From contig JAGQJE010000038.1 of the NCBI GenBank assembly GCA_020430775.1, forward strand, positions 280 to 64,279: a DNA stretch of 64,000 nt, written 5' to 3'. Positions within the stretch are counted from its first letter, which is position 1. Every line of letters begins with the position of its first letter. Shown piece after piece: positions 21,202 to 30,329 of this stretch. This stretch comes from Myxococcales bacterium. GTDB lineage: Bacteria > Myxococcota_A > Polyangia > Polyangiales > Houyiibacteriaceae. The position numbers and the translations under genes are program-made. Under the pieces are notes generated by a model, which was not told the origin of the DNA, did not search any database, and saw only the letters and a list, made by a program, of their open reading frames with translations.

Positions 21202-21457
21202 CCCATGAGCCATTCGTCTGTCCGCGCTACCGCAGCGCGCCCTCGACCTCATCGCCACGATCGACCGGTAGACGGAAGCGACCACCGCGATTTCGCCCAA
21301 CCGATCGAAATCACGCTGCTTTTCTCCTAACGCGCTATGGAACTTCAGCCTAGTGGCGCCGCGTTTTCAGGCCGAGGCTTGAGGACCGTCCGTGAAGCGG
21401 CGGTTGAAGCAGGCCACGGGGTGCCGCGCCCGCTGGGTCGCTGAGGCCGGGCTCGCG

Positions 21458-21895
21458 TCAGCCGTCGTCGTCGCGGCGGACGGGGCCGCGGGTGCGCTTC
21501 TTGTCGCTCTGCTCGCGCTTGGCCTTGAGCCGCCGTCGTTTGGAGCCCGCGGTCGGGCGGGTCGGCTTACGCGACTTCGGCGGGCTGAGCGCCTCCCGCA
21601 CGAGGGCCGCGAGGACGGCGCGGGCGTCTTCGAGGTTGCGCGCCTGGCTCCGGTAGCGCTGGCTGACGACCACCACGCGGCCTTCGGCGTCCAGCCGGCC
21701 GGCGGCGAGCGCGCGCAGGCGCCGCTTGGCCCCCGCGGACAGCGCCTCGGTGCCGGGCAGGTCGAAGCGCAGGTCGACCTTGGTCTCGACCTTGTTCACG
21801 TGCTGGCCCCCGGCGCCGCCCGAGCGCGCCGTGGTCCAGGTCAGATCGCGCTCCGGGAGCACCACCGATCGCGTGACGACCAATCCGTCCGACAT
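21458..21895 (-). CDS. arfB: Alternative ribosome-rescue factor ArfB (GGQ peptidyl-tRNA hydrolase)
   Basis: SGGAGGQHVNKVETKV GGQ motif and basic C-terminal tail KRRRLKAKREQSDKKR. Confidence 0.85.
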   Translation of the reverse strand: MSDGLVVTRSVVLPERDLTWTTARSGGAGGQHVNKVETKVDLRFDLPGTEALSAGAKRRLRALAAGRLDAEGRVVVVSQRYRSQARNLEDARAVLAALVREALSPPKSRKPTRPTAGSKRRRLKAKREQSDKKRTRGPVRRDDDG

Positions 21896-21906
21896 CCCTG
21901 ATCACC

Positions 21907-21950
21907 AGCCTGACCCTGGCGTCGGTGTGGGTCGAGTCGCGCGGCTCGCG
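21907..21950 (+). repeat. Copy A of a ~45-bp direct repeat flanking the RND operon
   Basis: agcctgaccctggcgtcggtgtgggtcgagtcgcgcggctcgcg versus copy B agccctgaccctggcgtcgttgtgggccgagccgcgcggcttgcg. About 40 of 44 positions are identical with one indel. Confidence 0.8.
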
Positions 21951-22048
21951 GCGGGGCCGAGCCACGACCTCGACGATGGCAGCCGGCCAGGACGCGTCGC
22001 GCCTGGGGCGCGACCGCGAAGCGCGCCGCGCGCGTCGAACGACGCCAC

Positions 22049-22076
22049 GTAGGCTCCGCGCTGGTAGGCTCCGCGC
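22049..22076 (+). promoter_or_regulatory. Tandem 13-bp direct repeat (GTAGGCTCCGCGC x2, 15-bp period) ~90 bp upstream of the efflux operon
   Basis: Exact copies at 22049-22061 and 22064-22076. Candidate binding site for a direct-repeat-recognising regulator. Confidence 0.35.
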
Positions 22077-22162
22077 ATGCAGAAGTCGACCTGCCTCGCG
22101 GTCCTGCTCGACGCCCGCGACGGCGTCGGGGGCTCGAGGGCCAGCAACGTGCATGGAGACGG

Positions 22163-23677
22163 ATGGCGCACGCCTCCTGTCGGCGCTCGACAGGCGGTCT
22201 CGTGACGCGCGCCCTCCTCCTCGGCTGCGCTCTGCTGGTCAGCGGTTGCGCCGTCTATCACGCGAGCCCCCTGCCTTCGGAGCCTGACCTCCGTGCGAGC
22301 CTCCCAGGCTGGGTCGCTTACCCGTCGACAGGCGACACGCTGACCTCGCCGGCTACGACTGCCCAGACGTCTGAGCAGGCGGAGACGCCGGCCTCCCCTG
22401 CCGAGGCGGGACCACGGCCGCAGGCCGAGTCGGAGCCAGGCGCGAACCGCACGCCAACGACGTCCCAGAACGAGCCCCTCGACCTCGCGGCGGTCGCCAC
22501 CCTCGCGGTGCTCGACAACCCGGACCTGCGCGTCGTACGTGCCGAGGTGGGCGTCGCGCAGGCGCAGCTCGAGTCCGAGCGGCTCATCCCCGACCCGACG
22601 GTCGGCTTGAGCGGCGCGAAGACGCTGAGCACCGGTCCCGGCCTCGCCAACCCGTACATGGTCGACGTCAGCCTCGACCTCGGCTGGCTCCTGACGCGGC
22701 GTGCGCGCGTCACGTCGACGCGCGCCGGCCTCGACCAGGCCCACCTGCGGGTCCTCTGGGCGGAGTGGCAGACCGCGCAAGCCGCGCGCCTTCTCTACGT
22801 CGAGGTCACGACGGATCGGCAGCGCGTCGCGCTGCTCGAAGCCATGCGCGCGCTCTTCGAGCGCCGCTACGAGCAATCGCTGCGGGCCTACCGGCGCGGC
22901 GACCTCACCCTCGAGACCGCCGGCGCTGACCTGACCGCGCTCTTGTCGGCCACCTCTCGCGTCGACGACGTGCGACGCAACCTCGATCGGGCCGAACACG
23001 AGCTAGCAGCGCTGCTCGGCCTCGACCCCAACGTACGCCTGCGGCTGGCGCAGCTCGATCCGCCGGCGACGTTGAGCGACGCGCAGGTCGCCGCCGCCCT
23101 CGAGGTGCTGCCACGGTATCGACCGGACCTGCTGGCGCTCCGTGCGGGCTATGCGAGCCAAGAGGCCTCGGTGCGCGCGGCGATCCTCGGTCAGTTTCCG
23201 GCGATCGGGATCGGCGGCGAGTACTCGCGAGACAACGGGCGCGCACGCGAGGTGGGCGGGTCGGTGAACCTCACCCTCCCGATCTTCAACGGGAACCGCG
23301 GCGCCGTCGCGGTCGAGCGCGCCACGCGAGCCGTGCTCGAGGCCACCTATCAGGCGCGACTCGATGACGCGAAGCGCGACGTCGCCGTCCTCGCGACGCA
23401 GCAACACCTCCTGCTCCGGCAGGCGCAGACCCTCGACGACAACCTCCCTGAGCTCGCGCGAATGGCAAACCTGGCGGCGGACGCATACCGCGCCCAGAAC
23501 CTCGACGCGCTGAGCTACCTCAACCTTCAAAACACGTTGCTCGACAAGGAGCTCGAGCGCATCGATCTGCAGCAGCTCGAGTGGAACACCCGCATCGCGC
23601 TCGACACGCTGCTTGGTGTGGGCGCGCCCCCGAGCTCCCGAGCGCCGTTGACGCGCGACCAGGAGAACACGCCATGA
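22163..23677 (+). CDS. Outer-membrane efflux protein (TolC/OMF family) lipoprotein
   Basis: Lipoprotein signal ALLLGCALLVSGC. Two OEP-type coiled repeats. First gene of the OMF-MFP-RND operon. Confidence 0.8.
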   Translation: MAHASCRRSTGGLVTRALLLGCALLVSGCAVYHASPLPSEPDLRASLPGWVAYPSTGDTLTSPATTAQTSEQAETPASPAEAGPRPQAESEPGANRTPTTSQNEPLDLAAVATLAVLDNPDLRVVRAEVGVAQAQLESERLIPDPTVGLSGAKTLSTGPGLANPYMVDVSLDLGWLLTRRARVTSTRAGLDQAHLRVLWAEWQTAQAARLLYVEVTTDRQRVALLEAMRALFERRYEQSLRAYRRGDLTLETAGADLTALLSATSRVDDVRRNLDRAEHELAALLGLDPNVRLRLAQLDPPATLSDAQVAAALEVLPRYRPDLLALRAGYASQEASVRAAILGQFPAIGIGGEYSRDNGRAREVGGSVNLTLPIFNGNRGAVAVERATRAVLEATYQARLDDAKRDVAVLATQQHLLLRQAQTLDDNLPELARMANLAADAYRAQNLDALSYLNLQNTLLDKELERIDLQQLEWNTRIALDTLLGVGAPPSSRAPLTRDQENTP

Positions 23678-24717
23678 CCGTTCGCATCTCGAACGCGCTG
23701 CTCGGAGCGCTCCTGTGCGCGCTCTACGTCGCGACGGCGGTCGCTGAGCCGCCGAAGCCTGCGCCGGTGCAGACCACCTCGCTCGCGAAGCACGACATGA
23801 CCGAAACGGTCAGCGCCTACGGGCGCGTCGAGCCGGCGCCAGACCAGCTCATCGCGGTCTCGTTGCCGCGCGCCGGCACCATCCAGCACGTCTGGGTGAG
23901 CCCCGGGGAGCGGATCGAGGCCGGCCAGCGTCTGCTCGAGGTGGCGATCGCGCCGGACGAGCGCATGAGCTTCGAGCAGGCGCGAGCCGCCGTGCGGTTC
24001 GCACAGGGCAAGCTCGCCAGGCAGCGACGCCTCTTCCAGCAGCGCCTCGCGACGCGTGACGACGTCGACGCCGCGCGCCAGTCGCTCGCCGACGCGCGGG
24101 CCACGCTCGACGCGTTCGAGCGTCGCGGCGCAGAGCGCCAGAGCCAGCTAGTGCGCGCGCCGGTCGCAGGGATCGTGACGCGCGTGACCATCAACCAGGG
24201 CGAGCGGGTGAGGGCTGAAACCGGCGCGCTCCTGCTCGCCACGGGGCGCGCGCTGATCGTCCCGCTCGGCGTCGAGCCTGAGGATGCGCGGCGGATCGCG
24301 CCCGGCACCAAGGTATCGCTGACCTCACCCTTTCAGCCGAGCGTTCGTGCGCAAACCACCGTCAGCGCGGTGCACGCCATGGTCAACCCCACGACGCGCC
24401 TCGTCGACGTCATCGTGTCGGTCCCCGATGACGCCACGTTCGGGCTCGTCCTCGGCAGCGTGATCGAGGGCGACATCGTGCTCGCGACCCACCACGCCTT
24501 CGCCGTCCCGCGCCGCGCCGTGCTGACCGACGCGAAGGGTGCGTACCTCTTCGTCGTCGAAGGCGGTCGCGCGCGGCGCGTGGACGTCACGACCGGCATC
24601 TCGGCCGGCGGACTCCTCGAAGTGTCGGCGCCCACGCTCAGCGCAGGCCAGGCGGTCGTCACGCTCGGCAACTACGAGATCGAGGATGGGTCGGCGGTGC
24701 GAGAGTCGCGCCCGTGA
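23674..24717 (+). CDS. Efflux RND periplasmic adaptor (MFP/HlyD family)
   Basis: Signal/anchor MTVRISNALLGALLCALYVATAVA, coiled-coil hairpin and beta-barrel regions. ATGA overlap with the OMF stop. Confidence 0.8.
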   Translation: MTVRISNALLGALLCALYVATAVAEPPKPAPVQTTSLAKHDMTETVSAYGRVEPAPDQLIAVSLPRAGTIQHVWVSPGERIEAGQRLLEVAIAPDERMSFEQARAAVRFAQGKLARQRRLFQQRLATRDDVDAARQSLADARATLDAFERRGAERQSQLVRAPVAGIVTRVTINQGERVRAETGALLLATGRALIVPLGVEPEDARRIAPGTKVSLTSPFQPSVRAQTTVSAVHAMVNPTTRLVDVIVSVPDDATFGLVLGSVIEGDIVLATHHAFAVPRRAVLTDAKGAYLFVVEGGRARRVDVTTGISAGGLLEVSAPTLSAGQAVVTLGNYEIEDGSAVRESRP

Positions 24718-27700
24718 CCGCGGCTGACTGGGCTGCCCGCCACCGCAGGTCGATCCTCTTCCTGCTGGCGGTGCTCGCGCTCGGCGGCTTCCTGAGCGCC
24801 ACCACGCTGCCGGTCGCGCTCTTTCCGAAGGTGGCGTTCCCGCGCATCCAGGTCGTGCTCGACGCAGGCAACCGCCCCGCTGAGCAGATGCTGAGCGAGG
24901 TGATGCGCCCGGTCGAGGAGGCCATCCGCACGGTCCCCGGGCTCCGGTCGATCCGCTCGAACACGAGCCGCGGCAGCGCAGAGCTGTCGGTGAGCTTCGA
25001 CTGGGGGAGCGACATGCCCCAGGCGCTGCTGAACGTGGACGCCGCGATCACCCAGTCGCTCTCGCAGCTTCCCCCGGGGGTGCAGTTCGAGGCGAAGCGG
25101 ATGGACGCGACGGTCTATCCGGTCGCCGCCTACGTGCTCACCTCCGATCGCCACGACCTGGTCGGCCTGCACGAGATCGCGCGCTACGAGCTCGTCCCCT
25201 TGCTCTCGTCGATCGACGGCGTGGCCAACGTCACCGTCCTCGGCGGCAGCGAGCGCGAGTACCGGGTCGACGTCGACCCCAACAAGCTCCGAGCCTACGG
25301 GCTGAGCCTCGACGACGTCGTCCGGGCGCTGTCGGCGTCCAACGTGCTCGAGGCCGTCGGCCAGCTCCAAGACCACTACAAGCTCTACCTCATGCTGTCC
25401 GACACCCGCTTCCGGTCGCTCGGGCAGATTGAGACCACCGTGCTCAGCACGGGGGGCAACGGCCTCGTCTCACTCGAAGACGTGGCGACCGTTCGGCCGG
25501 CCGCCGCGCCGAGCTGGATCCGCGTCACGGGGAACGGCCACCGCGCCGTCTCGCTGCAGATCTACCAGCAGCCGGGCGGCAACACGGTCCGCATCGTGCA
25601 GGACATCAAGGCGAAGCTCGCGGGCTATAAGGCGCGTCTGCCGGCCGGAGTACACATCAGCAACTGGTACGACCAGAGCACGCTCATCACTGCGTCTGCC
25701 AAGAGCGTACGCGACGCGATCCTCATCGGCGTCGCGCTCGCCGGCTTGGTGCTCGTGCTCTTCCTCGGGAGCGTGCGGGTCGCGCTCGTCGCGCTCTTCG
25801 TCGTCCCGGTGGTGCTGGCGATCACGATGCTCCTGCTCAGCGTCCTGCACATGACGTTGAACATCATGACCTTTGGCGGCATGGCCGCGGCCGTTGGGCT
25901 CATCATCGACGACGCGATCGTCATGATCGAGAACATCGTCCGACGCGCGCGGCAGTGGAGCGACCGACCCCTTCACGCGCGCATCCGCGACGCCGCCCGT
26001 GAGCTCTTCCAGCCGCTGGTCGGTTCCTCCGCGTCGACCGTCGTCGTCTTCGTGCCCCTCGCGTTCCTGTCGGGGGTCACAGGTGCCTTCTTCAAGGCCC
26101 TGTCGATCACGATGGCCTCCGCGCTCGTCATCTCGTTTCTGGTCGCGTGGCTCGCTGTCCCGCTCCTCGCCGACCACCTGCTCACCGCGGGCCAAGCCGA
26201 CAAGGAAGACACCGGCCCGGTCACGGGGCGCGTCAACGCGCTGTACCGGCGGGTGATGGCGAAGACCCTCGCGCGTCCGGCGTGGCTGCTCGTCGGGGTC
26301 GTGCCGCTCGTGCTTGGCGGCGCGCTCGCCTACGCCCGCGTCGGCTCCGGCTTCCTCCCTGCCATGGACGAGGGTGGCTTCGTCCTCGACTACGTCGCGC
26401 CCGCCGGGACCTCTCTCGACGAGACGAACCGCCTGCTGCTCGAGGTCGAAGCCATCCTCGAGAAGAACCCCTACGTTGCGAGCTATTCACGTCGCACCGG
26501 AGCCCAGCTCGGCGGCGGCATCACCGAGGCCAACACGGGCGATTTCTTCATCCGCTTGAAGGACGGGCCGCGACCGCCCATCGACGACGTGATGCAGCGC
26601 ATTCGAGAGGCGGTGCATGCACGAGTCCCTGTCCTCGACGTCGAGACGGCGCAGCTCATGGAAGACCTGATCGGCGACCTGACGGCGGTGCCCCAACCGA
26701 TCGAGATAAAGCTCTTCGGCGACGACTCCGACCAGCTCATGCAGCTCGCGCCGAGGGTAGCGAACGCCATCAGCTCGATCGACGGCGTCGTCAGTGTGCT
26801 CGACGGGATCGTCGTCGCGGGAGACGCGCTCGAGGTGCAGGTCGACCGGCGCAAGGCCGCGCTCGAGGGGGTCGATCCCCAGCAGGTCACCGAGCAGCTC
26901 AACGCGTACTTCAGCGGCGTCGTGACGAGCCACATCCAAGAGGGCGTGCGCGTCATAGGTATCCGCGTCTGGGTCCCGAGGCACCTGCGGCAGACCGTCG
27001 ACCAGGTGGGCGCGATGCTCGTCCGGGCACCGGACGGGCACCGATTTCGGCTCGCCCGCGTCGCCACGGTGAAGCTCGTCACGGGGCAGCCCGAGATCAC
27101 CGGCGAGAACCTCAAGCAGATGGTCGCGGTCACGGCGCGCGTCGAGGGGCGCGACCTCGGCTCGACCATCCGCGACGTGAAGCAGGCGCTCGCCCGCGAC
27201 GGGCTGATCCCCAAGCAGGTCACCTACGAGCTCGGCGGGCTCTACGAGCAGCAACAGATCGCCTTTAGGGGACTCCTCGAGGTCTTCGGGGCGGCCGTGG
27301 CGCTGGTATTCGTCCTGCTCCTCTACCTCTACGAGCGCTTTCGGGCGGCGATCGCGATTTTGCTGATGCCGCTCACGGCCATCGCCGGCGTCTTCATCGG
27401 GCTCTGGCTCACGGGCATCGAGCTCAACATCACGGCGTTGATGGGCATCACGATGATCGTCGGCATCGTGACCGAGGTCGCGATCTTTTACTTCTCCGAG
27501 TACCACTTGCTCCTCGACGAGGGGACTCCACCACGCGAGGCGCTCATCGAGGCCGGGGTGAACCGCCTGCGCCCCATCGTCATGACGAGCCTCGCCTTCA
27601 TGCTGGCGCTGCTGCCGCTCGCGCTCGATCTCGGCTCCGGCGCCGCGATGCAGCAGCCGCTCGCCGTCGCGATCATCTCCGGGCTGCTCGCGCAGGTGCC

Positions 27701-27782
27701 GCTCGTGTTGATCGTGATGCCGGTCGTCTTCGCGCTGCTCCACGGAGGCGCCACGCGGCTCCCGCCCTCTGAGTCAGCGTGA
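24714..27782 (+). CDS. Efflux RND transporter permease (AcrB/HAE-type)
   Basis: 1022 aa with 12-TM architecture. TM4 motif AAVGLIIDDAIVMIENIVR. GTGA overlap with the MFP stop. Confidence 0.9.
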   Translation: MTAADWAARHRRSILFLLAVLALGGFLSATTLPVALFPKVAFPRIQVVLDAGNRPAEQMLSEVMRPVEEAIRTVPGLRSIRSNTSRGSAELSVSFDWGSDMPQALLNVDAAITQSLSQLPPGVQFEAKRMDATVYPVAAYVLTSDRHDLVGLHEIARYELVPLLSSIDGVANVTVLGGSEREYRVDVDPNKLRAYGLSLDDVVRALSASNVLEAVGQLQDHYKLYLMLSDTRFRSLGQIETTVLSTGGNGLVSLEDVATVRPAAAPSWIRVTGNGHRAVSLQIYQQPGGNTVRIVQDIKAKLAGYKARLPAGVHISNWYDQSTLITASAKSVRDAILIGVALAGLVLVLFLGSVRVALVALFVVPVVLAITMLLLSVLHMTLNIMTFGGMAAAVGLIIDDAIVMIENIVRRARQWSDRPLHARIRDAARELFQPLVGSSASTVVVFVPLAFLSGVTGAFFKALSITMASALVISFLVAWLAVPLLADHLLTAGQADKEDTGPVTGRVNALYRRVMAKTLARPAWLLVGVVPLVLGGALAYARVGSGFLPAMDEGGFVLDYVAPAGTSLDETNRLLLEVEAILEKNPYVASYSRRTGAQLGGGITEANTGDFFIRLKDGPRPPIDDVMQRIREAVHARVPVLDVETAQLMEDLIGDLTAVPQPIEIKLFGDDSDQLMQLAPRVANAISSIDGVVSVLDGIVVAGDALEVQVDRRKAALEGVDPQQVTEQLNAYFSGVVTSHIQEGVRVIGIRVWVPRHLRQTVDQVGAMLVRAPDGHRFRLARVATVKLVTGQPEITGENLKQMVAVTARVEGRDLGSTIRDVKQALARDGLIPKQVTYELGGLYEQQQIAFRGLLEVFGAAVALVFVLLLYLYERFRAAIAILLMPLTAIAGVFIGLWLTGIELNITALMGITMIVGIVTEVAIFYFSEYHLLLDEGTPPREALIEAGVNRLRPIVMTSLAFMLALLPLALDLGSGAAMQQPLAVAIISGLLAQVPLVLIVMPVVFALLHGGATRLPPSESA

Positions 27783-27849
27783 CGCCAGCGCCCGCACCGC
27801 CCAGCCACCGCGCGCGGGCCCCGGCCGAGATCGACGGCTTCGAGGCGTA

Positions 27850-27894
27850 AGCCCTGACCCTGGCGTCGTTGTGGGCCGAGCCGCGCGGCTTGCG
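27850..27894 (+). repeat. Copy B of the ~45-bp direct repeat flanking the RND operon
   Basis: See 21907-21950. Lies between the RND permease stop (27782) and the stop of the minus-strand gene at 27911. Confidence 0.8.
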
Positions 27895-27910
27895 ACCTGA
27901 TCCTCGAGCG

Positions 27911-29248
27911 TCAGCCGTCTTGGGGCGCGGCGCGGTTGCGCGTCTGCACGGCGAGGAGCTGTGCGGCCGCCGTCGCGGTGGCCACGGCGCCGACCGCGCT
28001 CGCGATGAGCGTGGCGGTCAGCGGATCGGGCAGCGCCACGCCCACGCCGGTCGCGGGCCACAGCCGCTCGGCTACGGAGAGGGCTACGTCCACCGCGAAG
28101 ACTCCGAGCAAGCCGTACGCCCACATGTGCGCGCCCGCGCGGGTGCGCGAGTCCATGAAGGCGAGCAGGGCGAGGATCGGCGCGAACAGGAAGGCGATGT
28201 GTACCAGCGGCGGCGCCCACGATTGCCAAGCGGCGCCGAGGCCGGCGAGCGCGTGCAGTTCGTCGGTCACCGCGAACCAGCCCGCGAAGAGCAGGATGCC
28301 CGCGAGGACGACCCAGCGGGCCAGCCGGGACGCTCGGTAGTACGACCGAAACAGTAGCCCGGCGCTCAAGACGACGACGCCGACGGTGAGGAGCGCGAAC
28401 GCACCGTCCAGGCCGATGCGCAGGTGCGCGAGGTTGCCGAGCACGAGCTCGACCACGCCGAGCACGGCGAGCGCCCAGGCGCGACGCGCGTAGGTCAAGC
28501 GGGCGCCGCTCGCCAGCCCGAAGCCCACGATGAGCGCGGACACGCCCGCCGTCACCCATGTGAGCGGCGACGACGCGCCCCCTAGCGCGAGCGCGAGCAC
28601 GAGCCCGGCGAGGCCGGACGCGGCGCACACGGGCCCAATCGTCCGCCGGCCGGGGCAGCGCGGCATGAGGTCGGCCTCGAGGATCTCCGAGGCGAGGACG
28701 GGGGGCGACACCGGTGGGGACGAGCCGGGCTGCACCGGTGGGGACGAGCCGGGCTCGCGCGGGGTGGCCTCCGGGGGCGCGGACGAGCCTCGCGGGGCCG
28801 GGCGCGACCCTCGCTCCGCCGCGAGGGCGTCGCCTGTCACCGCTGCGTCCGGGGGTGTGGGTGGACGCAGCGGCAGGATCTCGGCCTCCGCCCGTGATCG
28901 CAGCGCGTGTGCCTGGCTCTGTTCGGCCGGTGCGTCCGGGTGCAGCAAGGCGATCGCCCCGCTCGCATGCGCCCGGTGAGCGCTCACCTCGTGCGCGGGC
29001 GCGATGCGGCGCACGTTCTGGACGTCACGCGCCGCGTAAGGCGGCGCCCCGCCCGCGGCGGGGTCTCCGAGAGGGCGCGCGGGGCTCGCAGGGGCTGCCT
29101 CGGCGGCTCGCGGGCGCGGAAAAGCCGACTCGCTCGCCCACGTACCCGTCGGCACTGGCGTCGAGTCGCCTCGCGTCGAGGTGCCGCAGTCGGGGCACTC
29201 GGTGGCGTCGGCCTGGACCGACGATCCGCAATGGGCACAGGTCGTCAT
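27911..29248 (-). CDS. Hypothetical membrane protein: N-terminal zinc-ribbon, Pro-rich linker, ~8 TM segments
   Basis: MTTCAHCGSSVQADATECPDCG (CxxC...CxxC), a long P/A/S-rich region, then a hydrophobic C-terminal half. Start set to ATG 29248. Confidence 0.6.
   Translation of the reverse strand: MTTCAHCGSSVQADATECPDCGTSTRGDSTPVPTGTWASESAFPRPRAAEAAPASPARPLGDPAAGGAPPYAARDVQNVRRIAPAHEVSAHRAHASGAIALLHPDAPAEQSQAHALRSRAEAEILPLRPPTPPDAAVTGDALAAERGSRPAPRGSSAPPEATPREPGSSPPVQPGSSPPVSPPVLASEILEADLMPRCPGRRTIGPVCAASGLAGLVLALALGGASSPLTWVTAGVSALIVGFGLASGARLTYARRAWALAVLGVVELVLGNLAHLRIGLDGAFALLTVGVVVLSAGLLFRSYYRASRLARWVVLAGILLFAGWFAVTDELHALAGLGAAWQSWAPPLVHIAFLFAPILALLAFMDSRTRAGAHMWAYGLLGVFAVDVALSVAERLWPATGVGVALPDPLTATLIASAVGAVATATAAAQLLAVQTRNRAAPQDG
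28709..28756. repeat. 24-bp tandem duplication inside the Pro-rich linker
   Basis: caccggtggggacgagccgggct(g/c) appears twice, encoding GSSPPVQPGSSPPV on the minus strand. Confidence 0.85.
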
Positions 29249-29566
29249 CGGACGGAGCGCACGATTCCTTGGGGGGACCATACGCCATGGCCGAAGCGGC
29301 CCGCAATGTGGGGAGTGTAGGGTCATGTGGGTGCGCCATCCGCCGGCATACGGCCCGGGAACGCGGCGCGCACGACAGGGCGTCACGCGCCGCGGTCTAA
29401 TGACCGGGTGGGTGGGCCTGGTGCGCACAGCGCGTCGAGCGTGCGACACGAATGTCATGCCGCGCACCAACCGCCGAGCCCGCGCCTCGAGCGGAGAGTC
29501 TGATGCCAGGCCGAAATCGACGTGATTCCGGTGTTTTCAGCCCGGCGCTGACCGATCGTGCGCAGT

Positions 29567-29582
29567 TGGCACCCTCGTTGCA
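29567..29582 (+). promoter_or_regulatory. Sigma-54 (-24/-12) promoter, perfect consensus
   Basis: TGGCAC ccctg-type spacing: TGGCAC(29567-72)-N5-TTGCA(29578-82). This matches TGGCAC-N5-TTGCW exactly. Confidence 0.65.
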
Positions 29583-29592
29583 TTGAGGTCGG

Positions 29593-29764
29593 TACAGCTT
29601 GCTTGGGTGCCGCTGGGGAGTCGACCTGCCCGGACCCTTCGCGGTGGCACCAACTTCTTGTCTTGATGCCCACCGGCGGCGGTCGAGGCAACCCTGCCCG
29701 ACTCGTTTTCGTCTTCCTACTTGGTCTTGGGACCGGCGCTCGCGGGCGCCGGTCTCTTTTTGTG
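29593..29764 (+). ncRNA. Candidate ~170-nt sigma-54-dependent small RNA or 5' leader
   Basis: Bounded by the sigma-54 promoter and the intrinsic terminator at 29731-29764. At least two internal stem-loops (TTGGGTGCCGC...GCGGTGGCACCAA; GTCGAGGC-aaccct-GCCCGAC). No convincing ORF. Family not recognised. Confidence 0.3.
29731..29764 (+). terminator. Rho-independent terminator
   Basis: GACCGGCGC-tcgcgg-GCGCCGGTC (9-bp GC stem) followed by TCTTTTTGTG. Confidence 0.7.
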
Positions 29765-29854
29765 CGCCCCGCGCCCTGTGCCAGGCCAAAGCGCGCGACG
29801 AGAGGCGCCCTCGCGTGCGAGCGAGGCGTCGCCCTAGCTGGTACGGTGGGCGCG

Positions 29855-30265
29855 ATGCGCCCCGTTCGGCACCTGCGCACCCGGCTCACGGCCGTCCCTC
29901 CTCTCGCCGGCCGCCTCGGCGGGAGGCTCGCCCTCGTCGCGGTGCTCGCGCTCTGCACCGCGCCGGGCTGCGCGACCGTCGGGTCCGACATCGCTCACGC
30001 GCGCCGCGCCTACGAGCAGGCGCGCTATGAGAACGCCCTCGTTTGGCTCGAGCCGCTCGACCGTGACGTGGGTGCGATGCGTCCCGACGACCGCGCGCGG
30101 TATTTCTACCTGCGCGGGATGTCCGAGTACCGCCTCGGCCGCCCGAGGGACGCGGCGCACTACCTCGCGCTCGCCCGTGAAGCGGACGCGGCGGCCGGCC
30201 ACCCATTGTCGCCGGCCTGGAGGCGCGCGCTCGACCGCGCGCTCACCTCGCTCCGAGCGCCCTGA
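29855..30265 (+). CDS. Hypothetical lipoprotein with TPR-like helical region
   Basis: Signal with Cys (LALVAVLALCTAPGCATVG). Then YEQARYENALVWLEPL...YFYLRGMSEYRLGRPRDAAHYLALA. Confidence 0.5.
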   Translation: MRPVRHLRTRLTAVPPLAGRLGGRLALVAVLALCTAPGCATVGSDIAHARRAYEQARYENALVWLEPLDRDVGAMRPDDRARYFYLRGMSEYRLGRPRDAAHYLALAREADAAAGHPLSPAWRRALDRALTSLRAP

Positions 30266-30329
30266 TCCGCCGGCCCGTCTTCGTCCGGCGCTGGCTGCGG
30301 TGTCGCGTGCGGGGCAGCCGGCCGCGCGA

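Noticed and set aside
21202-22162. Integrase, transposase or tRNA attachment site near the repeat-flanked efflux cassette
   Set aside because: No ORF with recombinase or transposase motifs and no tRNA-like sequence on either side. The only feature is a 7-bp inverted repeat (GATTTCG/CGAAATC, 21289-21312).
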